From Nemertoderma westbladi (Eukaryota > Animalia > Xenacoelomorpha): 64,000 nucleotides of DNA. A program made the position numbers and the translations under genes. The notes under the pieces were generated by a model that was not told the origin of the DNA, ran no database searches, and saw only the letters and a list, made by a program, of their open reading frames with translations. Below are positions 46,296 to 60,620 of the stretch, one piece after another (position 1 is the first letter of the stretch; the number at the start of each line of letters is the position of its first letter). The stretch spans positions 62,001 through 126,000 of the forward strand of contig JAUCBJ010006962.1 in the NCBI GenBank assembly GCA_032718475.1. The letters are read 5' to 3'.

Positions 46296-48959
46296 GTTAT
46301 TATTGTAATTGTAATTGTATATTTAATTATTATGTGACTAGCATATAGGCTTAAAAAATTAACTGTAATTTAATTGATTAAAAATTAAAATATTCTGAAT
46401 TCATCCGAAGGGTTGTAAGTTATCGGCTGTCAAGAAAGCCGAATAGATTGCTGCATAACCTTTGTTGTTTGATTTATACTGTATCAGTATAAGCAGTGAC
46501 GGATAAGACTTGCTTTCCATTACACCACCTTGCGGCTTCTTTATTAATTTATATTCAACCCCGAGCGGATGCTCACGTTGCATCATAAAGTACATTGGGC
46601 TCAATATTCTACAATATCACCCAATAATTATTTAAATCCCCCCCATGCGGTGCAATATAATACAGTCCACTACCACACACTACTCGCCACTACCGCATAG
46701 CGTGCTACATAGCTGATGTACTCTAATAACATGCCATCACGCCATATTATATTGGTATCTCTAGTCCTCCATAATAAATTATAAATAATAATTATAAATA
46801 AATAATAAATCCTTATAAATTAATTCGAGTAATAATACATAGAGATCTTTCAGCTGATTAAACTCCGCCGCTTTACAGTCTTAATGGTTGCCATTCTATC
46901 CGGTTTTAATTGGGAGGATATATTTCTAATTACGATGATTTAGTTAACAAATTTCAGGATCTCGGAGAAAACAGGAGATGCGACACCTACACCGAACAAC
47001 ATCATTCTCTCCGGGATAACAACAATGCCAATCCCGCCAAACTCCGCGAGATATGTCTGCACAAACAGATTGACTACCAGCAGCTTCTTCAACTATTTAC
47101 GGACTCAAACTAATTTACAATCAATGAAGTTACACAATTTACAATTTACAATGCAATGCAATAAGTCAGCCCCAGTCAGGGTTGGGGAGTCTTATTCCAA
47201 GCCACAGGATATTAGTTCGGATACTCAATGGATGAGTGCTAGGTCATCTGCTATATTCGACATGCAATCATTCGCTATCACAGGTAATCAGAAAATACGG
47301 CCTTTCTCACCATTTATATGCTGGCAACACACAGTTCGACATTAGTTTCTACCTATAAATTATGTATGTATGCTGTAGGTACAACCGAAAATTGTCTCAG
47401 AGATGTAAGAATTTGGATGAAGGAAGGACTATTTTTAAAAAATTACCACAGATAAACTTCTACTGCAGTCTGGATTCGGTGACCAATTTGCACAGTTGCC
47501 GCCTTCAAAGTTAATAACAAGTTTCAAAATCTCAGCAAAACAAATGTCCAATGTTGTACCATTTACAACCTCTCTAGAAACAAGCGATATCTCTGCCAAC
47601 CCGACTTGGAAATCTTAATACATGATTTTTCAGGGTAATGAGATATTAATAATCAACATTATTATGATCACCTGCAAAATATATTACCTAGTTACAATAT
47701 TAAGAAATCTCTGCCACTCGACTGTTAGAAAGTCTTCAAAAAGCGAGAACATATAACTCTCGTTCTAAAACGACTTCATTCCTCCCCATTAATACACGGG
47801 TGGAATTGGAAACTGGCAATGTTATGTTTCAAGAGTTTAAAATGGCTTGGCACCGCACTAACTCAGCAATTTATTGACGTCATACACACCCGATAGAGAA
47901 TTACATTGGAGTGCTGACAATATATTAGTAATCCCTCCGTACACGCTAGAGAACTATGGGAGGAGGAACGCCTTCTCCATTGCCAGGCCACGTGTTTGTG
48001 TCTCATTACTTTAAGACGTTTTGTCAGCCAGTGCCGCTACATTGCAAATTTTTACATCGTAACTGAAAACTGTTATATATGTATATATTAGTGTGAATAT
48101 AATTTTTGAACTTCCAACCAACGCGTGCACAGTTCGGCTTTACAATAAATTATTAAAATACTGTAAATTATGAATTAAATTAAGCCAACATTGTGGTAAA
48201 AATGATTTCCTTAATTAATTGGAAACGGAGAAACAACATGTTCCTATCTGTTCACAAGAAAGTGCACCCTGTTAAATACTGTATGTAAAATTAGTGGCCT
48301 TGGTGAGAAAAAATCCTTTTATAATTGAGATGTCTCGGGTAAATCAATTAATTAATTATAAAATCTTATCACCGTGTTAATGAACTTGGTTTATCTTTTG
48401 GATTATAGAATTGTGTATTTCACTGCGTTCTAGAATTATTTGCATTCTATAATTTATTTACTTCTAGTTTTATAAGCGATTTATATTCATTGGTTTCTAG
48501 AATTCAGTTTATTATATTTGATTATATATATATATATATGCATTGGCCGATAAGGGCCAGTGCGAATATATAACTTTTGAGCATACCCAACAAACTTGCT
48601 TAGATGTAAATGAAATACTAATATGATCCACTAGGGGGCTCTAATTAACAAGTAGTGAGGTATGGCCCTTCCAGAACTTTTTTCCTTCTAAAATATATTT
48701 TGAAATAGCAATAAATACCACGATGTTCCACGCAGTGGTGGAAGAAAATAATTGACACAATGGCTCTAATTATAGAGTTTTCTTTAAAAAAAAATAATAT
48801 AGGTAGAATATAGACGCCGAAACAAGGAAAAGTAGCGAGAAACAGAAGTGCAAAAATGCAGAATCTGATAATTACATATGTTTCTACTCAACGAATTTCC
48901 CTGAAATAAATTGAACAGCAATAATTATTGATTCATGAATAATTATTATAACTTTTGTT

Positions 48960-49188
48960 GGGCACAGCTTAGCAAAGTCGAGAATGACGTCCAGATGGGA
49001 TCGAAGTGGTGACCGCCATTTTGGCGCTCTTACCATTCCGCTAGCGGCTCAGGCAAAAAAAAAGGTAGACCTTGAAATACTACCTAATATACCTAGCTCC
49101 CATCTGTCAAACCATATCTGCAGCCACTATATTCGATTCTTTGTTATTATGTGCTTCGCCGTCTCTTGTACTTCACTAAGCTGTGCCA
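48960..49188. mobile_element. Small inverted-repeat-bounded element
   Basis: GGCACAGCTTAG...AAGT is inverted as ACTT...CTAAGCTGTGCC. Confidence 0.45.
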
Positions 49189-50258
49189 AACGGAAGGTTT
49201 GATAATTTGCACAAATACAACATGAATACACATGAATAATTATGGAAACTTGATTCATTTAGCGGCCACTACAGTTTAACAAAACATAGTTTGAAACCTA
49301 AAAAACAAGGAAATATACTTTAGGATTACAATGTTGCATGCTATTTAAGGTATGTATGGTATGGTATATAACTATGCTTGGCATGGTATCGTCCGACCCT
49401 TAGTCTTAGGGCATGCTACAGTTTATGTTTGGTTTGCTGATATAAGATGTATGCTATGCATGCTATGATAACTAACTGTAGATGTTATGTTAGGTATGTA
49501 TCCTAACATTTCACGACTACTAGAAACGATATTCTAGCGACAGGAATATAATCCATTAGCAGTTAGTATTGAAAACACTTCAGCCTTACAAATTCAGTAT
49601 GTGCTACATTATTATAGCCATTATTTATGTGCCTCTATAAATTTCATTATTATTCTATATCTATAATATTGTTATAGGGCCTATTCTATATTTGTCATTG
49701 TCTCGACGAGCTGAATTATTATATAGTTATGCATTATGTTATGTTATGTATGTATGCTATGGTATTATACTATGCTATGCTATGCTATGCTATGATATGA
49801 CATTTCCTTCATTGCGTGTATCCAATGGGAGATTTGTCTTGAAGGACCCATACCAATTTAAATGGCCCTTAGGAACAGTGTCTACTGAGGGCCATTTAAG
49901 TGGCTCCAATGAGACATTGTCTTGAATGGGCCACTTTAACTTTTTACCCTTTTTACACCTTTAACCCTATTCATACCGGAAATAATAATAAAAAATTTAC
50001 TCTTATTAGCGTGCTTAAAATCACATTTTTAGGTTTTCTGGGGCGCTGATTATAAATATTCCAATTTCTTGGGAAGTTTTTTTTATTAAAATTTTGTTAT
50101 TAGTTTTGTTTATTATTAATTTGGCACACACCTCCGAAAAATACAATTTGAAATGTCTAAAGCCGTTTTTATTTATTCCAATGAATTCAGAACCAACGTA
50201 AAACACATGTAATGCGAGAAACAAGATGTAGAAATCAATTCGTATCTATTGCCATCTA

Positions 50259-50630
50259 GGGCCATTTTACATTTAAGTGGCTCAAATGAGACATTGTCTT
50301 AAATGGGCCACTTCCTTTTAAATGGCCCTTACAAACATTGTTTACTGAGGGCCATTTTACATTTAAGTGGCTCAAATGAGACATTGTCTTGAATGGGCCA
50401 CTTCCTTTTAAATGGCCCTTACAAACATTGTTTACTGAGGGCCATTTTACATTTAAGTGGCTCAAATGAGACATTGTCTTAAATGGGCCACTTCCTTTTA
50501 AATGGCCCTTACGAACATTGTCTACTCACTACTGAGGGCTATTTTATATTTAAGTGGCTCAAATTGGACATTGTCATGAATGGGCCACTTCCTTTTAAAT
50601 GGCCCTTAGGAACATTGTCTAATGAGGGCC
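50259..50630. repeat. 90-bp minisatellite (~4 copies; related copy at ~49855-49940)
   Basis: GGGCCATTTTACATTTAAGTGGCTCAAATGAGACATTGTC... repeats at 50259, 50349 and 50439. Confidence 0.9.
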
Positions 50631-50696
50631 ACAATCATTAATATAGGAATTGAATTGCCGTAATACAATAGGTTACTTTAGGTAGTAACAACACAA

Positions 50697-52758
50697 CCCC
50701 CCCCCCCCCCCCCCCCCCCCTCATAAGCGTGAGCGCAACCAACTGACAAAGACAACATTTTCACCCCTTTGCGAATCCCCTAGTTTCTAATACAAAACAT
50801 TCCTTGATTTTGAAGATACAGAGATTTGAAAATATGAAATGGCCCTTAAACCTAAAACAAATATATTAAATGGCCTTCCAAGGAAAACACATCCGTGTTA
50901 GATTGTGTTCATATTGTACAGTTAAATTACATTAAATTTATTAATAGTGGCCCTAACAAAATATAAAAATATAAAAAATGGCCCTAAATTTACAAAATTA
51001 CATTCCTAAACTACAATCAGAGGTGTGACGCTGAATGTGGCTTCTACTAAAAGGCCCGTGCTCCACTGGTAACTCATAAGGTTAGCACGAACTTAGTTCC
51101 AATCGCACATTTTCAAAGGCGAACTTATGTAGTTCCAATTGAAACGCATTTAGTTCCAAAATAAATTTTACAAAGCGAACTTAGTTCCAATCGAGGCGAA
51201 CTTAGTTCCAATCCCAGAATATCAAAACGAACTTAGTTCCAATGGAAGCGAATTTAGTTCCAATGGATGTGAATTTAGTTCCAATGCATGCGAATTTAGT
51301 TCCAATGGAAGCGAATTTAGTTCCAATGCATACGAATTTAGTTCCAATGGAAGCGAATTTAGTTCCAATGCATGCGAATTTAGTTCCAATGGGTGCGAAT
51401 TTAGTTCCAATGCATGCGAATTTAGTTCCAATGGGTACGAACTTTTTTCTCTAGTTATTGGAACTAAGTTCGCCTAAATTGGAAATAAATTCGCCAAAAT
51501 TGGAACTAAATTCGTTTCCATTGGAACTAAATTCTTTTCCATTGGAACTAAATTCGCATGAGGCTTAAATTGGAACTAAGTACGGGGAATCGTAATTGCC
51601 AATTGCCAAATTATATTTTCCAATTGGCTGCAATATATTTACTGTAAATCTAAAAGGTCATTTTATATATTTTGATAGGGCCACTGTTAATAAATTTAAT
51701 GTAATTTAACTGTACAATATGAACTCAATCTAACATGAGTGTATTTTCCTAGGAAGGCCATTTAATATGTTTGTTTTGGGTTTTAGGGCCATTTCATATC
51801 TCTGTATTTCTAATTCAGGGAATATTCTAAGGAAATCTTGATATCGCACTTCAATTGGGATTTTGGTGGATATTATTTATTATATAATACAATAACTGCT
51901 GTAAACAACGGTATGGGAGGTATGAGGGGAGGGGGTTAACTATAATATGCTGAGCCTGATATAATCTGAAATTTACAGGTACAGAGATTATAAATGCACG
52001 TTTTTGTATGGAAAATGTGCCTGAGCTAGTATTATGCACCTTAATTATTACTATAATGATTGCCAGGTATCACGTCAAAATGATTATAAAATATGAAATA
52101 TCGAAGGTTTTAAATTTTGTGAAATTTAAAACTGCATATAAAAAACTTAAAAATCTGCATATGGATCATTTTCTCCCCAATGATGCAGCGCAGGTTGTAT
52201 TATAGTATTGATTTCACAAGTTTCAGCTTAACGTATCATAAATAACGAAACTGGAGGAGAATTTCACTTTACTATTATTACTTACTTTTATTATTAACTT
52301 ATAAGGCGATGGGCAAATGGCAAGGCAAGCAGTAGAAGCCACCTTTGCCTCACATCTCTGATTGTAATCCCAATTATACTTCCCCCTGCCTTTTCCGTTT
52401 GACACATGTCTGTTCGCCAGTCTATTTCTGCCAATAGACATCAATAAAATTAATTTATGAATTTAGGGCCATATTTTATATTTTGATATTATAAAGGGGC
52501 CACTTTTAATAAATTTAATATAATTAACTGTAGATTATGAACTCAATCTAACATGGGTGTATTTTCCTAGGAAGGCCATTTAATATATTTGTTTTAGGTT
52601 TTAGGGCCATTTCATATCTTTGTATTTCTAATTCAGGGCATATTCTAAGGAAATCTTGATATCGCACTTCAATTGGGATTTGGGTGTAGACCTATATTTT
52701 TATTATATGATACAATAACTGTTGTTAACAACGGTGGCAAGTATGGGGGGGGGGGGGG
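50697..52758. mobile_element. Foldback-like structure with long inverted arms and a central inverted 21-bp array
   Basis: ~50830-50980 is inverted at ~51660-51800 and again at ~52465-52615. The GAATTTAGTTCCAATG array (~51090-51435) faces an inverted array (~51458-51580). Poly-C and poly-G lie at the edges. Confidence 0.7.
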
Positions 52759-53849
52759 ATTAACATCGTGCCCGTGTGTGTCTGAGTCTGTATTCACAGA
52801 AATACTCAATATTCAAACCCCTTAACTTTTCCTACAATTAACATAATACGTTTTTAATGACTAAATCTGAAACATTTTGAAATCTCAAACTATATTTGAA
52901 AGTTATTTTTTGTGGTACTAAATATCGTCTGGTGTGTTTAAAAATGGCCAAACCAAATAATTACAAAAAAATGTTTCAAGAGGGTGAGTGTGGGTATGTA
53001 TGGAGATTTCGTGTGTTTGGTTCTATTTGGATGTATGGTAACAAGATAGGGGCACCTCACCTTCCACATTTTTGCCTGTATGAGTTAAGCCTGTGTATTA
53101 TATGTGCAATATGTATTGTATTTTGAATGTGTATTGTACTTTATTATGTATATTATAAATATTATATTTACCGGTAAACTCTAAACAGTTGGGCATAGCC
53201 TGCTGCGTAGTCTCTGACGTGTTTCCATAAATTATCAGTTTTATTTAACTGCCTTCAACCAGCTCGCTGGTCGGAGTTAATATGGTAATTAAAGAAATAT
53301 TATTATGATTATTATTATTGCTTTCTTAGTGACGACCATAAACTCAGAACTTAGTAATATACAAGACTGGCTAATTTCCAATCAGTCGTGCAGCGATCTA
53401 TCTCTTTTGTCGGACCATCTCTTTGGAACAACATATCACCTAAACTGAGAGAAATCAAAAGTAGGAACATGTTTATAAAAAATATGAAATTAAAACTAAT
53501 GTCATCGGAGAGCAGCGATCTATAAAAATAAATAAAAAGTAAAAATAACAATTTTTTTTAAACATTTAACAGAGGGATCGTAAGGAGGTCTACGTAGCAA
53601 CAACGGTGTGTGGGTGGGGGTCGATTGACCAATGAAAAGGGAATTGGGTGCACTGGTTGCAGTCTGACCACGGTTGGTTTCGGGCAGAAGTCAGAATGAA
53701 TGATTTGGTCGCACTGCAGTATATTCATATGTAAACAAGGCCTCAAGAATTGACAAAGTGAAAATTGTGCTGATTTGCCGGGAAAATAACATAGAGGCTA
53801 CGGGACAAAGAAAATACTGGCCAATGGCTGGTGATTTCGTCACTATAGC

Positions 53850-54740
53850 TCTATACCAAAATATACGCTAAAGGGAGTAAGTTTTATGTGCTCTCAAATC
53901 CCTTGAGATACTGCCAGTTTTAGAGTAGTTCGCGTATTGCACAAAAACGACAGATTTTTGCCGCAAAAACTTTAACAAAAAACATCCCTCCATAAAGGTT
54001 CGATTCGTTGGTTGTGTGTACTTCTACCAGCTATGATACTAAGCCAGTATATTCTGCAACAATTCTGTTTTCATCTCCTTTGTCTCCACTAACTCTAGAG
54101 GGCAAACCATATTTATCAACATCCTCTCGAAACAGAGGCAACACTGTCGATGCACAATTGTTAGCAGACATTTGTAAGTAAGTACATTTATTATAGGAAG
54201 GGATCTTGGGGTCTTAGCCTAACACCATAACAAACACCTCGAAAAATACAGCTTGCCAACACATTGTTACTACTGTAAGTAAGTAATTAGTCTCGAATGT
54301 CCATCAATTCCGCCATGCAGGACTAAATTCCATCGAATGAGAATATGGTGTGGGTGTCCATCAATGCGAAAGTGAGTTGGCCGCCTTTACGCTGTACTTT
54401 CGACGAAAGACAAGCGCTCCCCATCTAGATGCGGATGAATTTGGATCTACCTCCTGAAGGATTCTATGAACAGCATTTAGTCCAGCAAATACATTTCTGC
54501 TACGAAGTATCGACAAATCTACACCCAGCATAAGGGTATTAAATCTTCTTCATTTGTGTCGTGATAGTGACGACGCACACCCAGTTCATATTCTCGCACT
54601 CGATCCATTATTGTCGATCTGCTTACACCATACATTTTTGATATCTGGGTCTATCTAAATGCACTTTCATGTAAGAACACGAGGATTTCGTTTGATATGT
54701 CGAATTTTGGTCTACCACATATCTTGACTCTAGATGAGTA
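53850..54740 (-). pseudogene. IS3EU-like DDE transposase relic
   Basis: Minus strand fragments GGIDGHSRLITYL, LFREDVDKYGLPSRVSGDKGDENRIVAEY and STHNQRIE, with multiple disruptions. Confidence 0.7.
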
Positions 54741-55748
54741 TCGATCGAGTTAATAGTTGGTACTTGTACAGTTGGTACTTGTTAATTTATTGGAAACGTA
54801 GCGAGCCCTCCTAGGGATATAAAATATAAAAATTCCCCATCCAAATTCTGAATGACTAAAGTTACAGTTTCATAATAACTTAATTCATTTTTAATTTATT
54901 TCGCCGGATTATCTACCGAGTTCGCTCGACCTAGTAGTAGTAGTGGCGAAGATACTGTAGGAAGGTGGGTTAATTACTTCGCTCTTTCTTGAGGGCGAAG
55001 TTTACTGCGTATCACTGACTACGAAATTGTATTTAATTACAGTAATATCTAATTCTGATTAAATATTGATAATTATATCTAATTATTTATTAATAATTAT
55101 TAGCAAGTCGTTAGACTCGATTACTGTAAGAGAAAAAGCTACTGACTACTGGCTACTGGCCACTGACTACTGACCTAGAACAAAAACGGCTCTAACGATT
55201 TTGATGAATTTTTGCATGAACCATGAAAATAGATTTCTATGGGTACTTGTGAAATCTCGGTTTAAATTGAAACATCTTGTTTTTCTTTCGAAAAATAGCC
55301 CCACAACACGAAAATTGCCATAGGCTCAATGATGAAAGTCTGCAGGAGGCTGTCTGCTTATAAGGCTAAATGTTTACTCAGCCTCATTATGATTCTCCAT
55401 AAGGCTAATATTATAGTTTGAAATATAAAAATTTGTTATAATCATATAATTGTTGTATTTAATTAATATCGTTGTTTACATTGAACAGTGTAAATTGTTA
55501 ATCGCGGTTTACATTGAAACATCTCAAATTGTTTTATTTATTACAAAAATATGAACGAATTTGTCTTATTCACTTCTTGTGCGCCATTGTATTGAATTCA
55601 TGACAACTGCTGTTATTATTATTAATCAATAATAGACACCTGACTCCTCTCTGACTATTCTATCCGATAGAACAAAATAATCATTTCGCTAACTGCTCTC
55701 TCTCTATAATTCATTAGATCATTACAACATAATAATTATATTTTGAAG

Positions 55749-56928
55749 GGATCTAGGACACTTGCCCCCCGGACACTTGCCCCCCGGACACTTGCCCCCC
55801 GGACACTTCCCCCCCAATTAAAGTGTTAAAATTAATCTGGGTGCATCAAAGCAATAAACAAAAGTTAAAGATGGTTACATGACAAGTTGTATATAGACAA
55901 GTTTTTTCAAAATTATAAAAGAAACATTTTTATAGTCAAATTTTGTTTGTTTTTCTTTTAATTCCTTTAATTCTTTTAATTTCTTTTAATTGGGATCTGC
56001 CGCCCCCAAACCCCCGCTTCTTTTCTTGGGGGCTACCGCCCCCCAACCCCCGCTTCTTTTTTTGGGGGCTGTCGCCCCCAAACCCCCGCTTCTTTTCTTG
56101 GGAGTTATCGCCCCCAGACCCCGGCATTTCCCTGAGTGCCCGTGGTGAAAGACTTAAGACCACTTTGAAATAATTAATTCATATTTGTATCATCAGATAA
56201 TAAATTGACTAAGCCTAAAGTAGGAGCTGTATTGAATGTTAACCAATTTAATATATAAATTACTACAATATTATATAATTCAACAAAATCCTATTAAAAA
56301 TATTGCAAGTAACCAGGAAATTTAATATGTAGTGTGTATAATATCTATATAGTATGTATAGTAATATGTATATCAATATGTAATGCTGAACACAGAATAC
56401 AGGTCGACGCATGTCGATTTTACCCTGGAGAGGTATAATTTTGATTGCAACAATAATATTCATCCCAATCTGCTACAATTTGAAGAAGACTATTACATAA
56501 TAATACCTATAATTAAAACAGTTAATAATTATAATTCTATAGTTAATAAAAACAGTATATCATTCCGGGGTTGGAATTTATAGGTCATCTAATATAATTA
56601 ATTGTTTAAAGATTAGCAAACAATACGATGTAATTGCATTGATAAAACCCATAAATAAAACTTGGATATAAAATGTAAAATCGGGATGCAAAAGATCACT
56701 TTCTGAGCTACGAAAGGAAAATTGGATACAACTTATCTGGATACAAGCGGACCGTTTACTTTACAAAATGAAAAATACGAATGTGCGAAGTTAAGATCAG
56801 TCGGGGGGGGAAGTGTCCGCGGGGGGGAAGTGTCTGGGGGGGGAAGTGTCCGGGGGGGAAGTGTCCTACTTGAGCGGGGGGGAACTGTCCGGGGGGGAAG
56901 TGTCCGGGGGGGGAAGTGTCCGAACACC
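55749..56928. mobile_element. MULE-type non-autonomous element
   Basis: 9-bp TSD ATTTTGAAG (55740-55748, 56929-56937), GG...CC ends, inverted subterminal GGACACTTGCCCCCC arrays and internal 33-bp repeats (~55995-56122). Confidence 0.85.
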
Positions 56929-57683
56929 ATTTTGAAGTTGTCTAGAAAATTTCTCGTACACCACCAGGACTACCCTCACACTAATTTATTATCAGACAGA
57001 ACAAAAAGCTTTTACTTGACTCGTACTGTCTCCTACGGCTTGCTTCACGGGCCGCTAGTCCCGTCTCTTGTTAAAAATATGTTACCAGTCACATAGCTTA
57101 TCTAATTACATTTTATATGAATTTATGAAAATATTACAGAAGTGAAACAATATAAATTAATATTTAAATAACTAACTCGGTTGTAGCAGCGGATAATTTT
57201 ACATCACAAGATCCAGGGCGAGGTGATGGTATCTCTGTTCCCTTCTTCACACCATAGAAATCTCCTTTATCAAACATTTTATCAATATTGGATAGTTTGA
57301 AAACGCAAATACTCGAGGCATTACTGAAACCTAATAACATAAATTCAAATATTTGAATTTAAATATTAGTATTATCCTTCATCAATATAGTAAAATTTGA
57401 AGCACACATTGTAAAATATATATTTTTATTAAAAATGAGAATTCTGTAAATTAAAATTTAATAAATCTTATGTACTGTATATCTCCGGTGTTACGGGATT
57501 ATCCCTATCTGATGTTTGCCTCTCTAGAAATCCATACGTAATCTAGCAGAGACATTTACTGGTTGTTATTATCACCCACCAATAAGGGGATTGCGACCTA
57601 TCAAAGTCAATGTAGCAATAGGGCCTCACGGCCAATCAGTCATAATCACGTGTTGTGATAGATATAACATTGTCATACAGTGA

Positions 57684-57880
57684 TGGTGTAAACGCTACGC
57701 CGACAACCGACTACCGACAACCAACGCAGACAAACATTATTACAGCTAATTAATATTATTTATTAATTCACTGAAAGGAAAAGGTTAGTGGAAGGTTTTT
57801 CTAACCAAAACAATAAACGAGGGTCACGTACTCAGGTTACATTTTCATATTTGCTGTTTTCGGTGTAGCGTTTACACCCC
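57684..57880. mobile_element. 197-bp MITE with 8-bp TSD
   Basis: GGTGTAAACGCTACGCCGA / TCGGTGTAGCGTTTACACC, with TSD TACAGTGA (57676-57683, 57881-57888). Confidence 0.8.
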
Positions 57881-58980
57881 TACAGTGACCGTATTAAATA
57901 TATTGTTTATCCATTGTGCATAGAGATTTACAGGGGTTAATCACTATAAGTGAACTCCTAATATTGTGCCAGTAGTGTCTTGTTAAAGATGTAATATTAT
58001 GGTTTTGTTCAGAAATGGAAATTTGTTAACCCTATTACTGTAGCACTGGGGTGTTTAGACCATTAGCAGCACTGGGGACCCGGACCAGAATTCACAGCCA
58101 ATTGCTTAAAAGTACTTCTTAGTAGGATTGGTGTTAACTTGGTATAAACTTGAAAACTATTCTTATTTTATAAGTTCATACTTGGATAATAGTAATAACT
58201 GGCAATGCATGGCAAGTTTTATTAACTTTCTAAACTTTTTAAGTTTATTTCATGTTAACTTAGTAAGTACAGTAATCAATACTAAATGTCTGAGTTAAAA
58301 TCGTAATAAGAACGTTATAATTAACTATACTTATATTCTTGTATTCTTGTAAAGTTTTAAGGTTAAAATTAACATACCAAGGAGAACTCGTAGAGCACAC
58401 CTAAACGGAATCACCTCGCTGAGTCACTGGTTAGCAGGAGAGAAGGAATGCGAGAGAGAGGACTAGGATGCATCCTCGGAGGAATTCGCCGCCGGCTCCA
58501 GTTTGCGTTGGTGCGGTCTAGCTCCCTATGCATCCGGGGTGGACGACGCAGTTGGCGGGGCTTGGGGTTTGGTGATGGTGCGGGGATCAGAGGCCCAGAC
58601 CTCTCTGAGCGTGGCTAAGATCATCGAAACGGTAACTAACGGAGTAACCAATGGGACGACAGCGGAAGCTAAACTCGCTGCCATTAACAAACTAAAGGAG
58701 ACCCCGATGAGTGCTGACGAGACCGCATAGAAACTGAGAGTGAACGACTTAGATCCCATGTAACATAACATAACTTTTGTTCAGTAATCTAATCATCATT
58801 TTGTGCTTCGATATTTAATTATTTTCATAATTTCAATCATTTCTTATGCAATGTAACCATTAAAATTAAATCTCGTATTTGAACGTTACTTTAGTAAAAA
58901 TAAATAAATAAATTATTAGAATTCAGTAAATTGATAATACAAAACAATAAAATAATTTATCAATGTATATATAACATATA

Positions 58981-59716
58981 ACAGTAGTACGATTTATTAA
59001 AGACTACAAACCTAGGCACCACCTAACTCCAGATGACTTTTCTGAATCTGGACTACTTAACTTAGATAGTAGAGTTAAGCAGCTACGCCTTAACCATGTG
59101 TATAAAGTGTATAATGGTAAATGTCCCAATTACCTAAAACAAAAATTCAACAGAGTACGCGATACACACTCTTACAGTACCAGAGCTAGTGCTTCAAACT
59201 TCTACCTCCCGAATTGTAAATCCTTTGAATCCGATACTTTCTTTTTTAACGGCATAAAAAATTGGAACGCTCTGCCTAATGAAATTAAAAACCTAAATAA
59301 TCAACATTCTTTTAAATCTGCAGTTAAATCTCATCTCCGTGTGCAATGTAAAATAGGTACAATAGTCCTACAGTAAGTTATTAGTTTACTAATTATTTAC
59401 TATTTATACTGTAATTACGTTTTATAATAAATTGTTCTGTACATTACATCTTTATCGTTGAGTCGGGCATTGTCACGCTCTCGGTAAAGTTGTACATGTA
59501 CATAGTGTAATTACGTTTTATATTGGTTTTAGGTTAGCGTAGTGTAATATTGTATTTGTAACCAAGTAACATAAAGGACCCCCTTGGAAATAAGCTGCAA
59601 AGCTTTAGGGGTAATCCTATATGTTATGTTGGACAATACCTTTATACCGGTACATTGTTTGGTGTATTTGTTAATGTTTTTACATAATGTATAAATAAAT
59701 CTATCTATCTATCTAT
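58981..59716 (+). mobile_element. CR1/Crack-group LINE 3' fragment
   Basis: VYKVYNGKCPNYL...HSYSTRAS...FFFNGIKNWNALPNEIK...FKSAVKSHL, a (TCTA)n tail and an apparent TSD ATATAACATATA. Confidence 0.8.
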
Positions 59717-60039
59717 AATATAACATATACATATAGATATAACATTAAAGAAAACGATTTACTGTACAATATGGTAAACTAAATAGAATGTACATTATTT
59801 TGTCAATAGATACAAATATATTTAATTAAATATAAAAGGCACTAAAGAATTAGAAAATAATTAAATATTCATTCATATCATATGAGAGTAAAAAATATGT
59901 ATTATAATATTAATTATATACTGCTGTAAGATGCACTAAAAATGGTAATGGAATTATAAATATATATACATATGATTTGAGAGTAAAAAGTAAAAATAAA
60001 AATATGTATTCAAGGTTAGCAATATTCAATTAATTTCAT

Positions 60040-60470
60040 GTTAAATGCGTGGTTTCGATTTTATTTATTATTAAGCCTTGGAATAATGCCGACGAGGGAG
60101 TTAGAATTATAACATCTTGCGGCCGTGTATCCATGGCAACCCGGTTGATCTGGGACATTTATGAGATATTGGTCTAATCTACGTTTAAAGCTGTATGTGT
60201 TGCAAAATGAAGTATCTCGAAGTTCACGTGGAAGAGTATTATATAATCTCGGTCCCATTACAAAGAAACTGTTGTCGTAAAGAGTTCTAGAATGACCGGA
60301 ACTGATGAGGCGAGGAAGGATACATGAACGCCCTCTTTGGTCCCTGAAACTGGAGGTAATCGCGGAATTGGAAAGCGGATTTGTCAAATTGGGAACAATA
60401 TTTTCTAATATCTTCCAGACATATATAATGAGATATCCTTCACACCGCCTTTCCAAGGAATAGATATATA
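60040..60470 (-). mobile_element. CR1-group LINE 3' fragment
   Basis: YSLERRCEGYLIIYVWKILENIVPNL...RGRSC...GPRLYNTLPRELRD...FKRRLDQYLINVPDQP. Confidence 0.8.
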
Positions 60471-60620
60471 AATTCCGGAAGTTTTAAGTGACAGGGGAGA
60501 TGTGTCACTACGTGTTACTACATTAGCAAAGAGTGCAGGAGGACATATGGCGGAAATTACACACGCCACAAATCGTGTTGAATTAAAATTGTTAGAAAGT
60601 GGATCCTATATCGAAGTAGA

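Noticed and set aside
51222-51454. ORFs of ELNSHAL/ANLVPM repeats
   Set aside because: These are translations of a 21-bp tandem repeat on both strands.
58380-58760. GC-richer segment with short ORFs as a host exon
   Set aside because: No recognisable motif or splice context; left unassigned.
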